The translations under genes and the position numbers were made by a program. 64,000 bases of DNA, taken from Oscillospiraceae bacterium. GTDB lineage: Bacteria; Bacillota; Clostridia; Oscillospirales; CAG-272. Within the stretch, counting starts at the first letter, position 1, and every line of letters begins with the position of its first letter. Positions 7,673 through 15,483 of the stretch are shown here, in pieces. The stretch lies in assembly GCA_015063685.1 (NCBI GenBank), contig SVTR01000006.1:7852-71851 (forward strand), in the 5' to 3' direction. The notes beneath the pieces are model-generated. The model did no database searches, was not told the origin of the DNA, and saw nothing but the letters and a program-made list of their open reading frames with translations.

Positions 7673-8779
7673 ATGGAAATCGGAACCATAATCAAAAAAC
7701 ATCGCCGTCAGCGGGACATGACCCAGGAGCAGTTGGCCGAGTACCTGCGGGTATCGGTGTCCGCCGTGTCCCAATGGGAAAGCGGTAAGACCGCCCCCGA
7801 TTTGTCCCTGATCCCCGCCATATGCAACCTGTTCAACATCTCGTCGGACGAGCTCTTGGGAATCAATTTGGAGCAGAAGGAGCAGAGGATCAGCGATATC
7901 GAGGATCAAGCCAATCAGCACAGCTCCCGCGGACAGCTATGGGAAGCCGCTGATATATTGGAAGCGGGTCTACGGGAGTATCCCGACAGTTTTGGTCTCA
8001 TACACGATCTGATGTATGTCCGTTTCAGTCAATACTGTGCCAACCATGATTGCCTGCATGAGTTGGACGAGGCCATTCGCCTTGCCAACCGCATTTTGGA
8101 CGGATGTACGATCGACGGATACCGTGAAGCCGCCAAGCAAGTGTTATGCTATTCTTACGACAACAAGGGCGAACTGGACAAGGCCTTGGAGATTGCACGA
8201 AGCCTGCCATCCATTTATATCACCAATCAAGGTATGTACGCCCGATTACAGACGGGAAGCGAAGGACACAGCGCTCACCAGAGCCTGTTGAGTCATCTTT
8301 TGGATTTATTGAATCAAGAACTCAGTGTCAATAAGATATTGGATGACGGCACCCCCGCCTACACAGCGGATGAAATGGCGATCCTCTACCACAAGCAACT
8401 CACTCTCCACGAATTGATGATCGAGGACGGCAATTACGGCTTTTTCCATACCCGTTTGCAAGACATTCACATGGCATTGGCTTACTATTACGCAGGTAAG
8501 CATGATTCGGAAAAAGCTCTGTACCATCTCTCCGCCGCCGCAGATCATGCCGTCGCCTTTGTGGCGTGCGAGGGTCGCGGCGCATATACCTGCCTTTTGC
8601 TTCGAGGGCGTGTCACGGATGGTTTTACAACCAATGCCTCCAATAACAATGCCACCCAGATGCAGGGACGATTATCCTCTCCCACCTTCGACTTCCTCCG
8701 TTCCACCCCCGAGTTCACCGCCATCCTTGACCGCCTCAAGCCCGTGGCAGGGAGCTGGGAAGTGAAAGGGGAGGCGTAA
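7673..8779 (+). CDS. XRE-family HTH transcriptional regulator with TPR-like helical repeats (368 aa)
   Basis: AAAGGAGA RBS. HTH IIKKHRRQRDMTQEQLAEYLRVSVSAVSQWESGK. The long alpha-helical C-terminus has repeat-like segments (GQLWEAADILEAGLREYPDS, GELDKALEIARSLP, GKHDSEKALYHLSAAADHA). Confidence 0.75.
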   Translation: MEIGTIIKKHRRQRDMTQEQLAEYLRVSVSAVSQWESGKTAPDLSLIPAICNLFNISSDELLGINLEQKEQRISDIEDQANQHSSRGQLWEAADILEAGLREYPDSFGLIHDLMYVRFSQYCANHDCLHELDEAIRLANRILDGCTIDGYREAAKQVLCYSYDNKGELDKALEIARSLPSIYITNQGMYARLQTGSEGHSAHQSLLSHLLDLLNQELSVNKILDDGTPAYTADEMAILYHKQLTLHELMIEDGNYGFFHTRLQDIHMALAYYYAGKHDSEKALYHLSAAADHAVAFVACEGRGAYTCLLLRGRVTDGFTTNASNNNATQMQGRLSSPTFDFLRSTPEFTAILDRLKPVAGSWEVKGEA

Positions 8780-8872
8780 GCCATACTTTGTTGTTTACCA
8801 CTTGTGGTGGGGCTTTGGCTCGGGGATGTTCAACCTATGCGAACCGTGTCCCACGATGGGGGGGTAGGCCTG

Positions 8873-9498
8873 TAAATTGTTGTTTAGAGTATTATCCGCT
8901 TTTCTGTCAACAGCGACAGAAAAGCTCCAAAAGAACGCCGCTTAGTGCAGAACCTACGGTTCTCCCTAAGAACCCAACTCCCTCGTGACGCACGCAGACC
9001 ACAGAGGTGGTCTGCTATTGCGTATTTCTTTTCAGCCACCAGCGAAAGCCCGCCCCCACGGCGGAGCGCCTCGGGGCTCATCGAAAAGCCAATTGACATG
9101 TTTCTGTTGGCCGAACAGGGGAGGTTCAGGGTCATGTAGCGAAGCTATAGTTCTGATGGCGAATGGACAAATAATATTGTTTTTTAATCAAAAAATCTCC
9201 TTTCGCCGTGAGAACTATGGATTCAATGCTATTTTTACTATTGAATTTTTTAAAACCAACTAAAGCTTTCTAAACAGTACGGTATGAGCCTCAAGGCGCT
9301 CCGCCGCAGGGGCGGGCTATCGGCGTTGGCTGACACAAAACACGCGATAGCCGCTCCACTCCCTTTCGGGGAGCGGCGTGCGTCACGAGGGAGTTGGGTT
9401 CTTAGGGAGAACCGTAGGTTCTGCACTAAGCGGCGCTCTTTTGGAACTTTTCTGCCGCCGTGGGCAGAAAAGTGGAAAGAATGCTAAACAACAATTTA
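8873..9498. mobile_element. 626-bp intergenic element copy D: two ~210-bp inverted arms around an AT-rich core
   Basis: Termini TAAATTGTTGTTTAG (8873-8887) and GCTAAACAACAATTTA (9483-9498). The arms 8873-9081 and 9284-9498 are imperfect reverse complements. The core 9082-9283 is AT-rich. Confidence 0.6.
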
Positions 9499-9517
9499 TC
9501 TGCCTAACCACCCCACC

Positions 9518-9571
9518 CCAAATAAAACAAAAGGGATTCGCCCGTACCCCACGGGTACTCGGAATCCCTTT
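9518..9571 (-). terminator. rho-independent terminator of rpmF
   Basis: On the minus strand, stem AAAGGGATTC...GAATCCCTTT is followed by TGTTTTATTTGG. Confidence 0.75.
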
Positions 9572-9630
9572 GTTTGTTGCAAAGCATCGACGGACCACCC
9601 GACGGCCGCAACGGAAACCAACGGTGTAAA

Positions 9631-9825
9631 TTAAGCGTCCTGCTTGATGTCCAGAACCTTCTTGCCGCCGTAGTAACCGCAAACGGGGCAAACCTGATGA
9701 TTCTTGATCATCTCGTTGCACTCGGGGTTAGTACACTTGGAAAGACCGACAACTTCCAGCTTGGTGTTGTTGGATCTTCTGGTATTTCTGCGAGCCTTGG
9801 AAACTTTACGCTTTGGTACTGCCAT
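9631..9825 (-). CDS. rpmF: 50S ribosomal protein L32
   Basis: MAVPKRKVSKARRNTRRSNN... with a CxxC...CxxC zinc ribbon. I chose the internal start at 9825. Confidence 0.95.
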   Translation of the reverse strand: MAVPKRKVSKARRNTRRSNNTKLEVVGLSKCTNPECNEMIKNHQVCPVCGYYGGKKVLDIKQDA

Positions 9826-9958
9826 TTTGCCACCTCCTCCTGGGCTTTCCGGAAAACGACACGGCAAAGAGCCGTACCGCTCCGTCTATCTGACCACCCT
9901 CTCGGGTATCATTCTGTTGTTGATTTTTGTTTTGCGGACATGAAAGACAAGCGCTATC

Positions 9959-10486
9959 TCAAGTGTTCTCCCCGTCCTCCTCATCGAAGCGAAGGGAAGC
10001 GAGCACGGCCCAACGGGGGTCGATCTCTTTTTCGGAACAACCGCAGGCACCCTCTCGCTTGGGCTTGCCGCATTTGGGACATAACCCGGGGCAATCCTCT
10101 GAGCAAAGCAGGCGCATAGGGAAGCTGAGAATGAGAGACTCACGAACCGCATCGTCAATGTCCAGGAATCCGCCTTGGATGATGACGAACTCATCGACGT
10201 TATCCTCTTCCTGCTCCTCGGTCAGCGTACCCTCGGTGACGACGGTGCGCTCAAAGGGAAGGGAAAAGACATCCTCCACAGGATCAAGACAACGGGCACA
10301 CTCACCTCTGTAAGGGATCTCGGCTACAGCTACCAACCGCATATAGCCTCCCCTGTTGGTGATTTCTCCGCTGACGTGAACCTCTCCTGTGAAAACAATG
10401 CCGTCCAGAGACTCCGGTTCAAGAAGAAAATCAATGACGATCCGGTTGATTTCCCCACGCAACATGGGGCGAAGATCCAGATTCAT
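9959..10486 (-). CDS. yceD: YceD/DUF177 family protein (23S rRNA accumulation protein)
   Basis: Lies immediately upstream of rpmF, as is usual. C-terminal CSEDCPGLCPKCG motif. Start at 10486 has a GGAGAGGAGAAA RBS. Confidence 0.85.
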   Translation of the reverse strand: MNLDLRPMLRGEINRIVIDFLLEPESLDGIVFTGEVHVSGEITNRGGYMRLVAVAEIPYRGECARCLDPVEDVFSLPFERTVVTEGTLTEEQEEDNVDEFVIIQGGFLDIDDAVRESLILSFPMRLLCSEDCPGLCPKCGKPKREGACGCSEKEIDPRWAVLASLRFDEEDGENT

Positions 10487-10534
10487 GGGTTTCTCCTCTC
10501 CTGTCTGAAATGTGTGCAAAACACGACAAGGATA

Positions 10535-10563
10535 ATTATAACCGATTTTAGATGAATTGTCAA
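10535..10563 (-). promoter_or_regulatory. consensus sigma-70 promoter for yceD-rpmF
   Basis: Minus strand reads TTGACA, 17 nt, TATAAT. Confidence 0.7.
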
Positions 10564-10729
10564 TAGTTTTTTTGAAAAATTCTTTTTGTTTGCCAACTTT
10601 TTTCAAGCATTATTAAGTTGAATAAATCAACCAAAAGAATCGAAATGACATTGAATGATAAATTGGCAAAAAATTTACGAAGAAATTTCTATTTTTTTCG
10701 ATTTTACTATAGATTTTTTTTATGTTTTA

Positions 10730-10738
10730 TGTTATAAT
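10730..10738 (+). promoter_or_regulatory. extended -10 (TGTTATAAT) candidate promoter of the hydrogenase operon
   Basis: A TGnTATAAT match in an AT-rich region 45 nt upstream of the first hyd gene. No good -35 is visible. Confidence 0.4.
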
Positions 10739-10782
10739 GAAGAGCGATCATTTGATACATTATATCGGGAGGTTACATTCAA

Positions 10783-11277
10783 ATGAAAAAGAAATTGACA
10801 ACAGTCGTATTCCACGGCACGCCCGAGCAGGAAGCAGAGCTCATCAAGGTCATTGACAAGTATCAGGACGTCAAGGGCAAGATGATGCCTATCCTGCAGG
10901 AAGCACAGGCCATCTACGGCTATCTGCCCCTTGAGGTGCAGAAAATCATCGCTGAGCGTACCGGTATTTCTCTGGAAGAGATCTACGGTGTCGTCTCCTT
11001 CTACGCCCAGTTCAAGCTGAACCCTGAGGGTGAGGTTGCTGTGGCAGTCTGTCTCGGTACCGCTTGCTACGTCAAGGGCTCCGGTGACATTATCGAGGAA
11101 TGCTCCAGAATCCTGGGTATCCCTGTAGGCAGCACTTCTTCTGACGGTAAGTACTCTCTTGAGGCTACCCGTTGCATCGGTGCCTGCGGTCTGGCTCCTG
11201 TCCTGACCATCAACGGCGAGGTTTACGGCCGTCTGGTTGCAAAGGATATGGAAGGCATTTTGGCAAAGTACATGTAA
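10783..11277 (+). CDS. hydC: NuoE-like [2Fe-2S] subunit of bifurcating [FeFe]-hydrogenase (HydC)
   Basis: Thioredoxin-like 2Fe-2S pattern CLGTACYVKG ... CIGACGLAPV, and the NuoE-like N-terminal helical domain (MPILQEAQAIYGYLP). Confidence 0.85.
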   Translation: MKKKLTTVVFHGTPEQEAELIKVIDKYQDVKGKMMPILQEAQAIYGYLPLEVQKIIAERTGISLEEIYGVVSFYAQFKLNPEGEVAVAVCLGTACYVKGSGDIIEECSRILGIPVGSTSSDGKYSLEATRCIGACGLAPVLTINGEVYGRLVAKDMEGILAKYM

Positions 11278-11307
11278 TTTTCATTCGGAAAAGCAGGAGC
11301 TTGCTGT

Positions 11308-11658
11308 ATGAAAATTTCTGTAATCAAGGAATTACTGCATGCCGACGTCGTATGCGGTGAGGAAAATCTCGATCACGAGGTTCACTCCGCCTGCGGCAGT
11401 GACATGATGAGCGACGTGCTCGCCTATGTCAAGGATCAGGCAGTGCTCCTCACGGGACTTGTGAACCCCCAGGTCATCCGCACCGCTGAGATGATGGACA
11501 TGCAATGTGTGGTTTTCGTGCGTTCCAAGACCCCCTCTGAGGAAATGATCCGTCTGGCAAAGGAATCCGATATGGTCATCCTTTGCACCAAAAAGAGAAT
11601 GTACGAGGCCTGCGGTAAGCTGTACCTCGGCGGACTCGGCGTAAATGCGGTGAAGTAA
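11308..11658 (+). CDS. DRTGG domain protein
   Basis: 116 aa. GSDMMSDVLAY...AVLLTGL...VVFVR resembles the DRTGG fold found in hydrogenase regulatory clusters. Confidence 0.6.
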   Translation: MKISVIKELLHADVVCGEENLDHEVHSACGSDMMSDVLAYVKDQAVLLTGLVNPQVIRTAEMMDMQCVVFVRSKTPSEEMIRLAKESDMVILCTKKRMYEACGKLYLGGLGVNAVK

Positions 11659-11659
11659 C

Positions 11660-12082
11660 ATGAATGAGGCAGTAAGATTTCATTTTGTGGTGGACGGAGA
11701 GGACTTTACCTCTGCGGGTCAAGCCTCGGTGCAGATGAAGAAGAATCTGCGCAGACTGGGCATCCCCCCCGAGACCATCCGCAAAATTTCCATCGCCATG
11801 TACGAGGGAGAGATCAATATGGTCATCCACGCCAATGGCGGTGAGGCGGAGGTGCTCGTGTATGAAGACCGCATCGAGATGATCCTTACCGACCACGGTC
11901 CCGGCATTGCCAATATTGAAGAAGCCATGAAGGAGGGCTTTTCAACCGCCCCCGACAACGTGCGCTCTCTTGGCTTTGGCGCCGGCATGGGACTTCCTAA
12001 CATGAAGCGCTACTCTGATGATATGAAGATCGAATCTGTGGTGGGGGAGGGAACCACCATTACCATGACGGTTCTCCTCTGA
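11660..12082 (+). CDS. anti-sigma-factor-type Ser/Thr kinase-like ATPase (HATPase_c)
   Basis: 140 aa. DHGPGI, FGAGMGLPNM and GTTITM are the N/G1/G2 boxes of a GHKL ATPase. Confidence 0.7.
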   Translation: MNEAVRFHFVVDGEDFTSAGQASVQMKKNLRRLGIPPETIRKISIAMYEGEINMVIHANGGEAEVLVYEDRIEMILTDHGPGIANIEEAMKEGFSTAPDNVRSLGFGAGMGLPNMKRYSDDMKIESVVGEGTTITMTVLL

Positions 12083-12142
12083 TGCCCCCCTTGTCTCATA
12101 TCACAAAAATTCGGCACAGCCGGGAAAGGAGACACGGGTGCA

Positions 12143-13444
12143 ATGAACTCGTATGAACATTCTGTATCTCTTGACCTAACTCGCTGTACGGGATGCACGG
12201 CTTGCCTCAAGCACTGTCCCACCGAGGCCATCCGCATCAAGGACGGCCACGCTCAGATCAACCCCGAACGCTGTATTGACTGTGGCATTTGTATCAAAAT
12301 CTGCCCCAGCAAGGCTAAAAAAGCTACCTACAGCCGTTTGGATAAGGTGCTGAAGCGCAAGTATAAGATCGCTCTGCCCGCGCCTACCTTGTACGGGCAA
12401 TTTGAGGATCTGGATGACGTGGACTACGTTCTGCAGGGGCTCAAGGACATCGGCTTTGACGACGTCTTTGAGGTCTCCAAGGCGGCAGAACTCGTCTCGG
12501 CCTATACCCGCCTGTATCTGAAAACAGAGGGTATTCCCAAGCCCGTCATCAATTCTGCCTGCCCCGTCGTGCTCCGTTTGATCTCCTTGCGATATCCTAC
12601 GCTGAAGGAACACATCATGCAGCTCCTACCTCCTATGGAGATTGCCGCGCGTATGGCGCGTGAGCGTGCCATGAAGGAGCATCCTGAGCTTGCGCGCGAG
12701 GATATTTGCGTATGCTTTATCTCCCCTTGCCCCGCCAAGGTCAGTTATGTCCGTAACGGCTTCGGGGATTATCAAAGCGAGGTGGACGAGGTTTTATCCA
12801 TCAGCGATGTGTATTTTAGCCTTATCAACGTCATGCGCCGTGCTAAAGAACCCGAATCCCTGTCTCAATCAGGGGTGATCGGTATCAGCTGGGCAACCAC
12901 CGGAGGCGAGGCTTCGGCTTTGTTCAACGATAAGTACCTGGCGGCGGATGGCATTGAAAACGTCAACCGTGTCCTGGAGCAGCTTGACAACGGTAACATC
13001 TCAGGGCTGGAATTTGTAGAGCTCAACGCCTGCCCCGGCGGGTGCGTGGGCGGAGCCATGGTGGTGGAAAACCCCTTCGTGGCCAAGGCAAGACTCCAAA
13101 CCCTCAGACGGTATCTGCCGGTGTCTCAGACCCAGCTCCAAGGAGACGAAAGGGATTATATTCCCGACAAATACTTTTTTGATGAGCTTCCTACGTACCT
13201 GCCCATCCAGCGGCTCAGCGCCAATTTCGGCGAGTCGCTCCGCATGATGGCCGTCATTCAAAAGCTGCATGAGGCACTTCCCGGCATCGACTGCGGTGCC
13301 TGCGGCGCGCCTAACTGCCGTGCTTTTGCGGAGGACGTGGTCTGTGGCAGAGTTCCTGAAGACGGTTGCGTTCTCTTGCAGAAGCAACAGCTTGAGGTGC
13401 TTCTGAAATCAAGGGAGGAGGAGTTGAACCGTGACAGTAAATGA
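12143..13444 (+). CDS. sensory-type [FeFe]-hydrogenase-like protein (2x[4Fe-4S] + H-domain + C-terminal Cys cluster)
   Basis: N-terminal CTGCTACLKHCP / CIDCGICIKICP. H-cluster motifs are degenerate in the way described for putative sensors: L1 NSACP (Ala at the proton-relay Cys position), L2 SPCPAK, L3 NACPGGCVGGAM. The C-terminus carries CGACGAPNCRAF...C...C. Confidence 0.75.
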   Translation: MNSYEHSVSLDLTRCTGCTACLKHCPTEAIRIKDGHAQINPERCIDCGICIKICPSKAKKATYSRLDKVLKRKYKIALPAPTLYGQFEDLDDVDYVLQGLKDIGFDDVFEVSKAAELVSAYTRLYLKTEGIPKPVINSACPVVLRLISLRYPTLKEHIMQLLPPMEIAARMARERAMKEHPELAREDICVCFISPCPAKVSYVRNGFGDYQSEVDEVLSISDVYFSLINVMRRAKEPESLSQSGVIGISWATTGGEASALFNDKYLAADGIENVNRVLEQLDNGNISGLEFVELNACPGGCVGGAMVVENPFVAKARLQTLRRYLPVSQTQLQGDERDYIPDKYFFDELPTYLPIQRLSANFGESLRMMAVIQKLHEALPGIDCGACGAPNCRAFAEDVVCGRVPEDGCVLLQKQQLEVLLKSREEELNRDSK

Positions 13445-13760
13445 ACTGATCCATGAGCTCCCTCTGACCCCCATCACAGTCCCGGACGGTGATCGCGAGG
13501 TGGAGGGGGTGTACATCGGAGACCTGCTCAGTTGGGTCATGGGACGAGCCCAAGGCGACAACGCCTGGATCACCATCATGTCCAACCTCAACATCGTAGC
13601 CGTGGCAACATTGGCCGACGTGTCCTGTATCATCCTCGCCGAGGACGTGACCCCGGATGAGCAGGTGATCGAGACCGCCGCCTCCAAGGGCGTCAACATC
13701 CTGTCCTCCGACAAGACCGCCTATGAGGTGGCCGCCGCTTTGGCAGGAATGGGACTATGA
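13431..13760 (+). CDS. DRTGG domain protein
   Basis: GTG start with a GGAGGAG RBS. LLSWVMG...ITIMSNLNIVAVA. Paralogous in style to 11308-11658. Confidence 0.6.
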   Translation: MTVNELIHELPLTPITVPDGDREVEGVYIGDLLSWVMGRAQGDNAWITIMSNLNIVAVATLADVSCIILAEDVTPDEQVIETAASKGVNILSSDKTAYEVAAALAGMGL

Positions 13761-14500
13761 ATCGCTACTACTACGATTTTCACATCCATTCCTGTCTGTC
13801 CCCCTGTGCCGACAACGACATGACCCCGGGTAACATTGCGGGTGTGTGCGCGTTGGCAGGACTCCAGATCGCCGCCCTGACCGACCACAATTCTACAAAG
13901 AATTGCCCCGCCTTTTGGGGAGCGGCAAAGAAACAGGGCATCATCCCCATCGCGGGGATGGAGCTGACCACCGCTGAGGACATCCATGTGGTCTGTCTCT
14001 TTGAGCGTTTGGAGGAGGCCATGGCCTTCGGAGACGCGGTGGATGAAAGACGCATCCGTATCAAAAACCGTGTGGATATCTTTGGTGACCAGATCATCAT
14101 GGATGAAGACGACGAGCCCATAGGCATTGAGGAGGATATGCTCCCCAACGCTACCATGCTCTCTTTGGACGACGTTCCGCCGCTGGTAGAACGCTTCAAT
14201 GGTGTGTGCTTTCCCGCTCACATTGATAGGGAAGCTAACGGCATCATCGCCATCCTGGGTACGATCCCCGAGTCCCCCGATTTTGGATGCGTAGAGCTGC
14301 GGGACTATGATAAAAAGGAAGATTATCAAAGTAAATACCCCATTTTAAAAGAAAAACTCATGCTTTGCGGTTCCGATGCCCATTACCTGTGGGATATCCG
14401 TGACGCGCATGCGTGCTTTGAATTGGAAGACGAACCGTATAGCGGCGACTTCGTGCGGCATCAACTGTTCTTGCGACTGAAAGGAGAAAATAAGAGATGA
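13757..14500 (+). CDS. PHP-domain phosphoesterase
   Basis: YYDFHIHSCLSPCAD...LTDHNS is the N-terminal PHP histidine motif, with GSDAH near the C-terminus. Confidence 0.8.
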   Translation: MNRYYYDFHIHSCLSPCADNDMTPGNIAGVCALAGLQIAALTDHNSTKNCPAFWGAAKKQGIIPIAGMELTTAEDIHVVCLFERLEEAMAFGDAVDERRIRIKNRVDIFGDQIIMDEDDEPIGIEEDMLPNATMLSLDDVPPLVERFNGVCFPAHIDREANGIIAILGTIPESPDFGCVELRDYDKKEDYQSKYPILKEKLMLCGSDAHYLWDIRDAHACFELEDEPYSGDFVRHQLFLRLKGENKR

Positions 14501-15051
14501 AGGAACTTTCACTCAACGTTCTTGACATCACCAAAAACTCCGTCAAGGCAGGAGCCTCGCTGATCGGTATATCCTTGATCGAGGAGGGAAACAAGCTGAC
14601 CCTCACCATCACGGATAACGGTTGCGGCATGAAGCCCGAGGTCGTGGAGACCGTGATGAATCCCTTCTATACCACCCGTACCACCCGTAAGGTGGGCATG
14701 GGCATCCCCTTGCTTATGCTGGCCGCGGAGCAAACGGGCGGGAGCGTGACCATCGAGTCCCGCCATGAGGAGGAGCATCCCGAAGACCACGGCACCGTGG
14801 TTACGGCTACGTTTTTCACCGACCACATTGACTTTACCCCCATTGGTGACATTGTTTCAAGCATTGAAACGCTCATCATGGGCTCCCCCGATATCGACTT
14901 CACCTTCTTGCATGATAGGAAAGGGCAGAGGGTGGAGATGGATACAAGACAGCTCCGTGAGGTGCTGGGAGACGTCCCCTTGGACACCTATGAGGTCATT
15001 CAGTGGATCGGACAATTTTTGCGGGAGCAGTACGATGCTTCGCAACCTTAA
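14497..15051 (+). CDS. GHKL-type ATP-binding protein (HATPase_c)
   Basis: LNVLDITKNSVKAG, DNGCGM and GMGIPLL boxes. Confidence 0.7.
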   Translation: MKELSLNVLDITKNSVKAGASLIGISLIEEGNKLTLTITDNGCGMKPEVVETVMNPFYTTRTTRKVGMGIPLLMLAAEQTGGSVTIESRHEEEHPEDHGTVVTATFFTDHIDFTPIGDIVSSIETLIMGSPDIDFTFLHDRKGQRVEMDTRQLREVLGDVPLDTYEVIQWIGQFLREQYDASQP

Positions 15052-15098
15052 TCGTGTTTCAAAAAATTTGTAATATCTACGAAAGGAATTTGAACATC

Positions 15099-15467
15099 AT
15101 GAAATCTTTGGCAGAACTCGCTGCGATCAGAGAGAAGATGAAGGACAAGGTCGTCCTTCGTGAGGGTACCAATGATACCCGTATCGTCGTCGGTATGGCG
15201 ACCTGCGGTATCGCGGCAGGCGCCCGTCCCGTGCTGAACGCTTTTGTGGAGGGCGTGAACCGCGAGGGCCTTGCAGGCTCCGTTACCGTCTCCCAAACCG
15301 GCTGTATCGGCATTTGCCAGTACGAGCCCGTCGTTGAGGTGTTCCAGCCCGGTAAGGAAAAGGTCACCTACGTCAAGATGACCGCCGAGAAGGCAGAGAA
15401 GGTCATCGCAGAGCATATCAAGGGCGGTAAGGTGGTCGAGGAATACACCTACGCCAAGAATGTATAA
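15099..15467 (+). CDS. thioredoxin-like [2Fe-2S] ferredoxin (HydD-type)
   Basis: I chose the internal ATG at 15099. CGIAAGA ... CIGICQYEPVV pattern. Confidence 0.75.
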   Translation: MKSLAELAAIREKMKDKVVLREGTNDTRIVVGMATCGIAAGARPVLNAFVEGVNREGLAGSVTVSQTGCIGICQYEPVVEVFQPGKEKVTYVKMTAEKAEKVIAEHIKGGKVVEEYTYAKNV

Positions 15468-15483
15468 CGGAGGTAACTGAACT

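Noticed and set aside
9082-9283. Small ORF with AAAGGAGA and a TTG start on the minus strand in the AT-rich core of element D (about 18 codons), plus a TTGACA hexamer at 9094.
   Set aside because: The ORF is too short and unsupported. No matching -10 follows the TTGACA at proper spacing.
8884-9487. Two similar ORFs in the arms of element D (8884-9135 minus, 83 aa; 9284-9487 plus, 67 aa) sharing ...RASRGSWVLRENRRFCTKRRSFG...
   Set aside because: The similarity follows simply from the inverted DNA repeat. Several other frames are also open across the arms, and neither ORF has an RBS. The differences between arms preserve DNA/RNA hairpins rather than protein features.
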